A stretch of 64,000 nt of DNA from Balanoglossus misakiensis (Eukaryota > Animalia > Hemichordata), in contig CM082576.2 of NCBI GenBank assembly GCA_040954595.2, forward strand, positions 10,667,129-10,731,128, in the 5' to 3' direction. The notes beneath the pieces are model-generated. The model ran no database searches. It worked only from the letters and a program-made list of their open reading frames with translations, and had not been told where the DNA came from. Below are positions 52,601-62,100 of this stretch, piece after piece. Every line of letters starts with the position of its first letter. The stretch's first letter is position 1. Position numbers and translations under genes: made by a program.

Positions 52601-54658
52601 CAACCTGTGTCATCGTAAATATTTGTCTTCAAGTGTGTGAGCACAATGCTCGGATCGGGTCGGAGAGAGAAAGCAGACGAGGCGGGAGTCGGTGGTTTGG
52701 ACTTGGCAGAGCCGCCTCTCGATCTGGCAGAACCAACCCTGGACGGCGGCAACGAACCGCCGTCTAATTTGAAAGTCACGGCGGTGTCCGGTCTTGAAGC
52801 GTCTCCTTCCGACTTGGGCCTCTCATCGTCTGCGCGACTGATCTCCATGGGTACAGCGGCGTCCCCGTTTTCCCCCAATTTGGCCTTCTTGCTGTCTGTG
52901 ACAGTATCTCCCTGCTTCGCGCCGTCGCCTTCTCTTCGCTGAATGTTGGCCCTGTCGATGGCGTCCTTGCTGGCTTCTCTCTTCATATGTTTGTTCCCTG
53001 GGGGTGTTGGCGGTGTGGGCTGACGTGTCTCCTGCTCGGTTGCACTGGAATCAAAACAATGGAGACGTTCTCAGTCAAGATTTAACCCTTTCACCCCCAG
53101 TTCCCTCTTTAGAGGTCCAACCTTAGCATAGAAAACGATGGGTTTGGACTGAACCATGGTGGTGAAAGGGTTGAAGGGAATGATGGTCTATAGTTGGTGC
53201 TGGTGACATCTCATTATATGCAGTGGAAATGAACATAGCCATCCAGTCCAATCATATAGACACATAAAATACATAGAGGGTAAAAACTCCATGTACCAAA
53301 AACAAAACCCAAGATAAACGAACAGTTTCTTACCCTTCAGACTTTCCGATGGCTTTGATGATTTCTTCATCCAGCGACGAATTGCTTCCGCGTCTTCTCA
53401 ACTGCTGTCTCCTGGCAACAACTTGGGCTTGATCACGTTTGAAGAGCAGTGTTCTGAATGCTGGGGCTGGCGCACTACTTTTAGCTGATGGTGGTCTGGG
53501 GGCCTTGCCTTGGGGCTGTTCAGGAATCATATGTAAAGCATTACATTTTAAAGCAACCTTCATACAAAAGTTTTATGCAGTAAAAGGGACGACACTTTTC
53601 AGCACTTCCTTGCACTTGCTCAAAACACTGTAAATCCTTCTCACAGAGGGTTATTAAGGTGGGAATACGGAGTCACTTACATTGTACCGGTATTATTAAA
53701 TTAGATAAACAGTTTTAATTTTTATGGTAATGAGGTGTTGGACCAAAGGAAACAGTACAGTGATTCCCACCTGGTCTTGCGGTGCATGTGGCTCTTTCTT
53801 CAGTCTTCTGTTTGCAGCATTGATGGTCTGCAACGCTTGCGAGTCTGCACCTTTGTCTAACAGCCTTGACATCAAATCAATGGGTTTCCTTTGCGGCGGC
53901 TGCTTGGCTGCTGGCCTGGTGGATGCCACTGGCGGTATGGGTGGGGTTCCATTTATGGTACCTGAAACAGGTGTTGTACGTGACTTCGTTAGATGCCATC
54001 ATATAGTGAAGGAGACATTAAGTCTGTGTATTTGACCAGTACAACCACTTATAGCTTTTGATGTCAAGGTTTGTCTGGTGAAAGTCACTCAAAATTCCAT
54101 GAGCTTCTATAGTGATTTTGGCAGTGATTTTAGATGTCAAAATGCTATTTTCAAGAATTGATTTGTAAAGTAATCGTGTAAAAAATTACTAAATGTCAAC
54201 TGTGCCTTCATAAATTTTTCAAGGTTTGTCAGGGGAAAAAATATTTTTTTCTTCAGATCTTTCAAGGATTTTCTGCAAGTGGTTTAAAATTCTACTACTT
54301 CCTAGGAGAATGAAAAATTCTGTAGTTGCTCTGACATAAAGATAAGATATTTATAAAAAAAATATTTTCACAAATATCCCCAAATTACGTTGAAAGACGT
54401 ACCGTGCTGTCCACTTCCATTCATTCTGCTTGTGTTTGCGTTCATTATGCTCGGAGACGAGTCATTCCTGGCATCGGCTGCTGAAGGGTTGAGAAGGGCG
54501 CTGGTTGAGTGAGAGCTCCTGGATGTGGGGGCGCTCTGCGACGACAGGGAAGTGGCGATGTCATTGCTAGTGGTCAGGCCAAGTTCACTGGTCAATAGTG
54601 CACCAGAGTGCTCCAGGCCAGACTCACTAGAAAGGTTGGAAATACTCCTACTGCTCAT
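10409..54658 (-). CDS. DNAH14: Dynein axonemal heavy chain, DNAH14-type (DNAH6/14 clade), complete, ~5,084 aa, 83 coding exons
   Basis: Hand-assembled GT-AG exons, phase-consistent, total 15,255 nt, in transcript order: 54658-54403, 53961-53771, 53515-53334, 53044-52605, 52482-52343, 52175-52008, 51615-51503, 51369-51307, 51071-50804, 50528-50423, 50171-49923, 49447-49293, 48891-48743, 47171-47017, 46845-46734, 46592-46471, 46183-45951, 45751-45629, 45247-45074, 44672-44454, 44124-43835, 43707-43475, 43222-43032, 42814-42734, 42561-42400, 42237-42116, 41975-41804, 41425-41321, 41209-41091, 40796-40722, 38479-38395, 38181-37931, 37540-37255, 37027-36882, 36617-36549, 36422-36236, 35899-35808, 35072-34901, 34584-34354, 34225-33977, 32496-32176, 31977-31915, 31713-31521, 31349-31169, 30943-30705, 30362-30084, 29829-29638, 29435-29245, 29063-28935, 28754-28666, 28489-28270, 28087-27917, 27725-27558, 27394-26942, 26600-26397, 26062-25881, 25680-25572, 25406-25281, 24958-24704, 24580-24449, 24154-24059, 23864-23724, 23460-23245, 23067-22949, 22626-22393, 22301-22172, 21971-21857, 21689-21553, 21315-20996, 20657-20458, 20031-19723, 19393-19160, 18989-18779, 18650-18548, 18390-18175, 17940-17743, 17353-17163, 16684-16473, 16236-16007, 15558-15330, 13869-13712, 12690-12544, 10684-10409. 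P-loops [24 protein letters not shown] and GLDGTGKS; C-terminus [25 protein letters not shown]...[14 protein letters not shown]. The DNAH14 call rests on recalled signatures (N-terminal [20 protein letters not shown]...[11 protein letters not shown]...[12 protein letters not shown]; AAA3 [15 protein letters not shown] followed by an insert; AAA4 GxDGxGK). Dynein heavy chain identity is near certain; the paralog assignment is about 0.85. Confidence 0.93.
14682..14695. promoter_or_regulatory. RFX X-box-like motif in a long dynein intron
   Basis: GTTGCCAGGGAAAC; a second, weaker GTTGCCATGTAAAC lies at 14822-14835. Confidence 0.4.
18496..18518. repeat. (CT)n microsatellite in a dynein intron
   Basis: Uninterrupted run of CT dinucleotides. 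Confidence 0.9.
23117..23171. repeat. 19-bp minisatellite, ~3 copies
   Basis: AGAAATCTACATATTCATA twice plus a degenerate third copy. Confidence 0.8.
24449..24958 (-). CDS. DNAH14: Dynein stalk/microtubule-binding domain exons (24958-24704, 24580-24449)
   Basis: [52 protein letters not shown]...[21 protein letters not shown] is the typical dynein MTBD pattern. Confidence 0.92.
26697..26790. mobile_element. Small foldback/MITE-like element
   Basis: CCCCTGGATATT ... AATATCCAGGGG inverted ends, with an internal AACCCTAATCCTA telomere-like remnant. Confidence 0.5.
26942..27394 (-). CDS. DNAH14: Dynein AAA4 exon
   Basis: [38 protein letters not shown]...[20 protein letters not shown]. Confidence 0.95.
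27757..27770. promoter_or_regulatory. RFX X-box motif (intronic)
   Basis: GTTGCTATGACAAC, a near-palindromic X-box match. Confidence 0.45.
29638..29829 (-). CDS. DNAH14: Dynein AAA3 Walker A exon with DNAH14-type insert
   Basis: [52 protein letters not shown]; Walker B FIDDLNMP lies in exon 29063-28935. Confidence 0.93.
33306..33359 (-). CDS. Candidate 54-nt in-frame cassette exon of the dynein ([18 protein letters not shown])
   Basis: aag|ATG...GCG|gtaaga; phase 0-0, matching flanking exons 34225-33977 and 32496-32176; a GC-rich island in a 1.5-kb AT-rich intron. Confidence 0.55.
34354..34584 (-). CDS. DNAH14: Dynein AAA2 Walker A exon
   Basis: [28 protein letters not shown]. Confidence 0.95.
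36882..37540 (-). CDS. DNAH14: Dynein AAA1 catalytic exons (37540-37255, 37027-36882)
   Basis: [22 protein letters not shown]...[19 protein letters not shown] and [17 protein letters not shown]: intact Walker A and B. Confidence 0.97.
39078..39147. mobile_element. Small inverted-repeat (MITE-like) element
   Basis: GGGTGGAATACCAGTGA ... TCACTGGTATTCACCC stem of 16 bp with one bulge. Confidence 0.45.
39951..40013 (-). CDS. Candidate 63-nt in-frame cassette exon of the dynein ([20 protein letters not shown])
   Basis: Pyrimidine tract ending ttttttacacag|A TGC...GCC GA|gtgtgt; phase 2-2, matching exons 40796-40722 and 38479-38395; no stop codon. Confidence 0.55.
48040..48096 (-). CDS. Candidate 57-nt in-frame cassette exon of the dynein ([18 protein letters not shown])
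   Basis: Long pyrimidine-rich stretch, then ccaaag|A CGT...GCC AG|gtttgt; phase 2-2, matching exons 48891-48743 and 47171-47017. Confidence 0.5.
49825..49908. mobile_element. ~85-bp piggyBac-like MITE, copy 1
   Basis: CTAA|CCCTTTCACC ... GGTGCACGGG|TTAA; body homologous to the copy at 53086. Confidence 0.75.
53086..53170. mobile_element. ~85-bp piggyBac-like MITE, copy 2
   Basis: TTAA|CCCTTTCACC ... GGTGAAAGGG|TTGA with a perfect 10-bp TIR; shares CATAGAAAACGATGGGTTTGGACTGAACCATGGTGGTG with copy 1. Confidence 0.75.
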
Positions 54659-55405
54659 TGTTTTGATCCCAGTTTTTTGTTTTATGTTTTGAATACCTGG
54701 ACGGGAAAACAAAAGGAGAAAATTACTTAAGGTTTGAACTTTCAGGTGATGTGAAAAAAAGAAAATGTAAGTAAAAAAATATCGAACTCATACTCATAAT
54801 AGTTAGGTGCAGAATAGCAATCTTCACTGAACCGAATCATGTGCAGCATGCGTAAAATACACAAGATTTCACACAAATAGAAACACTTATCATATCTGAG
54901 TTAAGAAATTAGATCATGACCACATCAGCTACATGTACTGTACACATACTAGTAGTGTGTTTGCAACTTTCAATGAAAGACCAGAATACTATAAAGTTAC
55001 AAAGTTGTGTGAACAAACAATAGTTATCTATTCTGCAAATAAAAGATTTCACAAACAAGAGTCAACATGTCCTCAGCAAAAGGTTAGTTTTTTAAATAAA
55101 AACAATGGCACAAGAACAATACAATGTAAACTGTATGTACATTTATAACAACAGTGTTATTCATTAAAGAAAAAACACAAAACATGTTACTGGCGAGTGT
55201 CAACAACATTTCAAAATTTGTCCTGGCTTACCTCTCATTTGCTCTCGCAAAGCAAATAATAGAAGGGAAAGTTCAAACTGGTGTTAAAAATATGTTTGTA
55301 GAGTTGAAAATGTCAACTACTTATGCAAGTACAATGTACAAGTATAATCATCAGGATTTGCTTCAAATCACTTTGCCAACAACAAATCTGCACTTATGAA
55401 TTTGT

Positions 55406-55494
55406 TGCAGTACCATAGCTCGAGGTTTTGCCTGCAAAACAAGAAGCCGTACCAAGGCCCAATACCAGGCACAACCTCGAGCTACAGTACTGCA
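55406..55494. mobile_element. Foldback element with TAGCTCGAG-containing inverted ends
   Basis: TGCAGTACCATAGCTCGAGGTTTTGCCTG ... CAGGCACAACCTCGAGCTACAGTACTGCA, a 29-bp stem with 3 mismatches; related ends at 58052-58103. Confidence 0.6.
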
Positions 55495-56042
55495 GTTTGG
55501 GAATGTGCAGGTGCTGTACCACAGCTTGAGGCTTTGCCTGGTGTAAGGTGTTGGGCGGTAAACCAGACTGGTTCTGCAATCCAACTGCCAACAACAGGCA
55601 AACTCTCAACTCCCATTCCCAATACATGTACATGTACAAACTTTCGAGCTGTAGTAATGACACTATACTAGGTACAGCTTAGCTCAATGCATTGTTAACA
55701 GACCTCGGTGATATATACTTCACTTTCTCATGCCCGTGTTCAATCTAACTTATGTCAAGTGAGTGACAGTTACGTGGAGAACTCGTATGGTGCCATTCAC
55801 GCTGATACGAACGTATCGTCACTAACGACGCTATCCAGGCTGAGTTACGATTTCACCTGAAAGCGATGGTCAGTGGCCTGTATATATTATTGTAACAATG
55901 TGGAGTGATAAAGAAATAGTTCTGAGCTAACCTCTGTAACTGCTCTAAAGATATATAATCAATTGATCCACCATAAACTTCCAGGATCTCTATTTGCAAG
56001 CATGATATTCAGATCTGTCAGCAATGTTTTCCTTTCCTCTGG

Positions 56043-56089
56043 GCCGCCATTTTACTTCACTTAGAAACATGTACCCATGATGCATTGCA
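56043..56089 (-). promoter_or_regulatory. Probable dynein promoter/5' end: ZNF143(Staf)-type site plus YY1 motif
   Basis: TACCCATGATGCATTGCA (56072-56089) closely matches the Staf/ZNF143 consensus; GCCGCCATTTT (56043-56053) is a YY1 consensus. A donor gag|gttag at 55932 and an acceptor at 54696 would link this region to the first coding exon. Confidence 0.55.
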
Positions 56090-57253
56090 AAGGGCTAAGA
56101 ACCACCTAGCTTACCGAAATATACCATCCAAGGCCACGTAGGCATTCAAAAATAGTTTTATGCCGTCTCCAACGCTGTCTTCAACGCGATGATTCGTGAT
56201 CGTCTTGATGATCGTCTGGTTTTCGTTACTCACTCTTCAGTTGATGACTTCTTACAAGGCACAAATATAAACTTTTCACAGAGCTACCAATTAAAGAAGA
56301 CTTTTGACGCCAGTAAACAGCAACATATATACTTACTAGTTACTTTTTAATCCTAATATAATAATATCTCCACCACTATCCAGATGTCGGGAAAACGGGG
56401 AAAAGGTTGTGTTATTTGTAATGCCCCAGGGAGAACTTTTTCAGCATTTCTGAACAACTAGTTTTGCAGCTATAGAGGCGTTCAGCAGCAGAGACGAAAA
56501 CAATATTTTACAAAAGTATATACCAGTTTGGACTCGTAAAAGCTACGTTAAATTTATTTGGGCCTATTTGACGCTTCAAAGTACAGAAAAACGATGTCTC
56601 TGGCACAGGAAAACTTTCTATTCTCTTGTTTTTATCAGGTGCAATGATTCCCGAAGTATTCGCTTATTACAAATGTTTATTGAATTCGCAAATAAGTTTT
56701 TGATTGTCCAGAAACTGTAGTGTCACGTCTCTTTATTCAGAGCTCTCAATGTGGGGACAGTATCTAATAGAATTCTGTGTTGTTAAACTATGGATTTATT
56801 GTCGCCATTGGCTAAATGTGCCATAAACTCATGAACATTAAAGTTAAAATCATCCTTTCATGTAGGGCGGTATACTTCGTACCTTGATCAATCAGTGTTT
56901 TTGCTACCTGACCTGTCAAATTTAAGATACACGTAGACACCAGTGCATTTCAACAATTTTATTGTTCCACTATTGTACAATCACCCTTTATTTACATATG
57001 CCCATGATGGCATTTGATGGTAACAATTACGGTACCTTTAATTACTTCTAATAAATTAATTCAAACCTTTTATTGTCATTACAAAAATACAATGCAGATT
57101 TAAAATGTTTGGTGACATCCATAGCTTGGATACCTTCTCAGTACACAGAAAACGTGACAAATATTTTCTTCTTTGAAGTTACAGCTTACGGTTGCCAGTC
57201 CAAAATTATCATAATAAATTATCTGTGGCACTACGTCAGCATTTGTAACTTGG

Positions 57254-58263
57254 TTACTTTGGTGGTGACTTTGGTGGTCTTGGCGAGCGTGGCGACTTCT
57301 TGGCTGCTCTCAATGCCTCTTTCCATACTGGTATTTCGTTGTCCATCATAGTGTGGTAACTCTCCTTGGATGAGTGAAAAATAACAAAAAATCGTAAACA
57401 TGATTTTTATTTTCTCTCCACACTGATCACATACGTGTATACAACCATTCCTTGACAGTGTGAGAAACTGTATTTCAGATGTACACAGACGACTTTTCTG
57501 GAAAATACACCAGACTATTAAGTAATGCACTACATTTCTCGTTGAGAGAAGGAAAAAGTAAAACATGTAGGCAAACCTGATAAGCTTGAAGTTTTGGTGA
57601 CGGTCCTTTTCCTCCTTGTGTCCTGAGTTCAGTTTGAATTCTGGCGATGTCCTGTAAAAAAAAAGTAATTTACATGGCTGGATTCATTATTTTTCACACT
57701 CGCCTTTATAAAATGAAAACAAAATAAAATCCCAGTGATAATTATTACACATAATGAATATAAAATCAGTGAGTTTGCTTCATTAGTCAGATATTAATTA
57801 TTAAATTCATACCTCTAAGAGAGCTTCGTTCCTTTGCTTGGCAAGGGCTGAGTCTGCTGCACTATCCGCTCTTCGTTTCTCAAGATTTCCAAGATGCCAT
57901 TCTGAGTGTCTCAGGAGCACTTCTCGTCTTGCTAAACTGTGTTTGGAGGACAGGATGTGGATGATGCATAAGTTATAGGAGCAGTCCGCTGTGTAACAAT
58001 CGTCAGACAACTGTGTTTCTGTCCCACAGTCAAACACCAGCAAGCACCAACCTCGAGCTAGCTCGAGTTTGCCTTGTCTGTGTTGGACGGCAAAATCGAG
58101 CTACTGAAAACTGCAGCTAGCTATGGTATTGCACCCCAATGTAGGCATCATATTGCTACATGCTACACTACAGCAATCTCAACCACAGTGTTTAGGTTAC
58201 TTACATGTCTTCGTGAAGTTGGTTAAGCTCAATCTCCCTTTCCAAATACATATCAAGATCCAT
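57254..58263 (-). CDS. CEP15: CEP15 / C3orf14-like small coiled-coil protein, 122 aa, 4 exons
   Basis: Exons 58263-58205, 57936-57813, 57651-57577 and 57364-57254 (369 nt, in phase) give MDLDMYLEREIELNQLHEDILARREVLLRHSEWHLGNLEKRRADSAADSALAKQRNEALLEDIARIQTELRTQGGKGPSPKLQAYQESYHTMMDNEIPVWKEALRAAKKSPRSPRPPKSPPK*. This matches the recalled C3orf14 pattern EIxLxxxHEEI...RNxxLLxDI...P...Y...IPxW. AATAAA at ~57068. Confidence 0.85.
58052..58103. repeat. 16-bp palindrome CTCGAGCTAGCTCGAG plus an adjacent hairpin of the 55406 family
   Basis: AACCTCGAGC-TA-GCTCGAGTTTGCC ... GGCAAAATCGAGCTA, in the first coding intron of CEP15. Confidence 0.65.
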
Positions 58264-58500
58264 TTCTGCAAGTGCAAGTGTGTGTACGTTCTCCGTTGAT
58301 CTCGGAATCGGAAGCGCAACTGTGTACGTCCTGCCAGAAACCCGCAAAGTATGGTCACCAGGTTATTTAATGATGCCACAAGTATCTCATAACGGACAAA
58401 ACACCTCGAAAGACGGTTAAACTGCGAATATAATGTATGACACGTGAAACGTCCCACGATCAAAACATTGGAATCTGACAACGGACGCCGGTTGCTGCAT

Positions 58501-58510
58501 ACCGGAAGTG
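58501..58510. promoter_or_regulatory. ETS/GABP motif in the CEP15 promoter region
   Basis: ACCGGAAGTG ~240 bp upstream of the CEP15 ATG in a locally CpG-rich patch. Confidence 0.5.
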
Positions 58511-59107
58511 ACACGCCCCCTTCGGGCGTTATAAGCCATTTCTCTTGTTTTTTCGTTTAAAAAAGTTAATATTTTTGTTTTCAATTTTTTTCTCGCGGCG
58601 TTATAGAACAAATCTGCGGTCAATTTGAATTTTAAATTCGAACATAGATTATGAAAACAAGTTTTCACTTTAAAAGGCGGGTTGGCTCATGTTTGGGACA
58701 CTGCTGGGCCCATCTCATATTATTCCAAATATATAGCTATTGCAACTAAATCATTGCAGGATTCACACTTGTGCAGGCTCATATATAGCATGTATAGGGG
58801 CTTTCATCTGTGCAGCAGGATGGAAGGGGTGACAAATATGTGATATAGTACTGCACATACGAAAATTTATTGTCTGAATAATAAAGTATAAACATTTCAA
58901 CAGTGAATGACCGATTCTTTAAAAAAAACATTACCGGTATGTGTCAAAGTGATCATAACAGTCTATGTTATAGACATCACAGACTTATGACATCAATATT
59001 AATGGTTCACATCACAGTTGACCTGGCGCACATACAGACAGGTTAAAGGAAGAAAATGAGAAAATATATGAAATTCACAACGTCAAATCTGAGATACAGT
59101 TTCTGTT

Positions 59108-62100
59108 TTATGGCTCAAACTCAAAGTGATACTGGAGATTCTGAAGCTGGCAGAGATCGTGCCTAGGTAGTCTATTCAGAGTCTGGGGCAAATCAACCAC
59201 ACAGCCTCTGTCCTCCCACTCGTAACAATAGTCCAAGACATATTTTGTACATTTCAGTTCATTTTCTTTGCCATCACACTCAAGCCCTTCCACTTGACAC
59301 GGACTCATATCATGCTCTTCATCGAAAAAGCAACTCTCATCTTCCTGTTAAAAGAGAAGAGACGAGAATACATTAATAAAATTATACTCTGGATTCTGGC
59401 GTTGTTTCTGTGGGTGGCGCCATGGTAAGAATAACAGAAATATTACGTGTGTCTGTCGAAAATGACCAGAAATCCCCTTCTACGGCATAAAAATGATAAC
59501 CGCCATTTCTTATCCCAAGTAATAATGTACTCACGGTGAGATCTGGTCCATCATGCGTCTCTTCACTCGAAGATTCAAAATTATATTCACTCATAAAGCT
59601 CTCCTGATCGTGACACTGGGGGCGCTCTACACTCCTCCCAATCTCCTGCATAAGTTCTTCATATTCAATTAACACATTACTGAAAGACAATCTACCTATG
59701 GCAAAAGGGAGAAAACACTGATGAGTATGGCTGTCAAAGTAAGAAACGATAATCTACAAGGATGACCTAGAACAACAAATTGTATGTAAGTGAAATTTCT
59801 CAGATACATATCAGTGGCATATTTTCAGACCAAACAGTTGCTCCTTCATCCTGGCAATAATTGAATCAACATTTTGTTAAGTAAAAGGCTATAAATCTGC
59901 AATCACTTACCATGCCTTTTGGATCTGTCAGTGTCTATATCTTTTGCTTTTACAGTGTCTCTCTTGAGCGTCCACGATATCTCGACAACTTGGTGAACGC
60001 CTTCTTTCAGCGCTGTCTGCCGCCACCACAGGTGGGGAATGTACAGCATATCGCCTTCCTGCATGTCAAAACTAATAGGATGCAGACTACTGGCTCTGGG
60101 CAGGAGAAACAGTAAATTTGTATTAATTTTTTTAAATCAAAATCCAAGTCAATGCAGGTAGGCATAATCCAGCATTCTCATAAATTTGACAAGCAGATGT
60201 GCCTACCTAGGGAACTGTTCTGTGTCTAAAGCTGTGAAATCGACTGGTGATGTTCCAATGGGGTTTCCTTCGTCTGCGTAGAGGTTCGCTGATTGCAGTG
60301 GCGAAACCAACGTCACAGACTGATTGCCTCTCAGTGCGCATAGCAACATCTCGCGATCCTCAATGTGCAAGCTGGAAACTCTTTCTCCACTGCTCATTTG
60401 CATACGACTCCTGAAAGGTCGCTGGAATAGGTCAGCGCATCTCAGACACGTCGGCATGGTGATGTCAGCTGGGGATTGGAAGAATGATTGTGAAATAAAA
60501 CAACTGGTGAAATATTTTGTGGATTATTCGAAGCGACACTGAAAAAAAACACTGTACAAGGGGAAACTGCTTGATATGGAACTTAGACAATAATTATAAA
60601 ACGAATAAAGTTGTTTTACATTACATTTTGTTACTTTTGTATGCAAGAACTTAACACCATTCTAACTTTTAACAACTTCAGCCATTCGTTTGACAAAAAA
60701 AGGTGTGCGTACAGTGCGGAGTGTTGTTAAACACCTACCATCCAAAGGAGAAATGATCTCTTGTGACAACGTCAAAGAACCCTTCTTGTAAAATTCCAAA
60801 AATTCTTTCATCGTCATCTTCGTCGCAGCTTTTTGTTCCTGGTCAACAACATTCAAAGTGACATCTCCGTATTTCTCTGACAGATATTCCTCGGACCACA
60901 GTGAATATGCCGGCCAAGATTTGACAACATCTTTAGGAACAGGGACAAATCAAATATACGTTGGTATTAGGGACCGTTCAGTTTTTACGGCCGGGGGGGG
61001 GGGGGCCGGCAAAATCCAGGGGGGGGGGGTCACTTGAATTTTGAAGTCCAAAAGGGGGGGGTCATCTGTTTTTTTTAAACGTTTAGGGGGGGGTCACATA
61101 CTTTTGCCACCAAACTTTTGCTTTTGAGTCCACAAAATTGCAGTTTCGCGCCCTTTATTTTACAAAATTTTCTAATCCACACACACCCTCCCACACCCAC
61201 CCCCTACATTCTTTGCAACATATCGATTTTTGCTGGTTTGACTATTCTACCAGGGCTGAGTGCTTGCCACCCCAAAACCACTGATGATAATACATAAAGG
61301 AGAATAACGTTTAAACCATTTTGCATAACTGATAGTTTCGTGCTGCATCTTCTATATGCTGGAAGTTTTATAAATGATGTCATGACGAAGATGACGCCAA
61401 ATCTTCTAACTTTGAGTGGGATGGCAAAAAATAAAATTGGTCCTCCCAAACATTGAGATGAATTTGCTTTTGAGTTCATAAAAATGCAACTTTGAGCTAC
61501 ATATTTTACAAAATTTTCTTATGTGGGAGGGGGACACCCCCTCCACACCCACCCCCTACATTCTATGCAACATATCATTTATCCGCTGGTTTGTCTAGTG
61601 TACCAGGGCAGACTTATTCCCACCCCACCCCTATACTTACTTTGAGTGGAGTGGCAAAATCAAAATTCGTCCTGCCTAACATTGACTTTATTTGCTTTTG
61701 AGTTCATTAAAATGCAACTTTGAGCACCGTATTTTACAAAATGTTCTTATGTGGGAGGGGGACACCCCCTCCCACGCCCACCCCCACCACTTTTATGGTT
61801 TTACCAATTCTAGCAACTATTGTATTGACTTGTCATTTTATTTTTGTTCATAGATTTCTTTATTGCAACGATATTATTAAATAATTCAATTACTTTAAGA
61901 AATTTATAATTGAGGGGTGAGGAGCCCCATTCCCTTTATTGCATACAGTGTATACATAGGATCAGGACGGCGAATGTTTTCGGCGTGGGGGGGGGGGGGT
62001 CATCATATTTTTGGGTCTGTCAAAGGGGGGGTCATCATTTTTTTGGGCTGGGTGAAGGGGGGGTCGGCCTGATTTTGAGAACCGATGACACAAACTTGCC

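Noticed and set aside
57231-57566. 111-aa ORF as the last CEP15 exon
   Set aside because: The frame from the acceptor at 57364 gives the family-like Y...IPVW motif and is preceded by a long pyrimidine tract; the listed ORF is a different frame.
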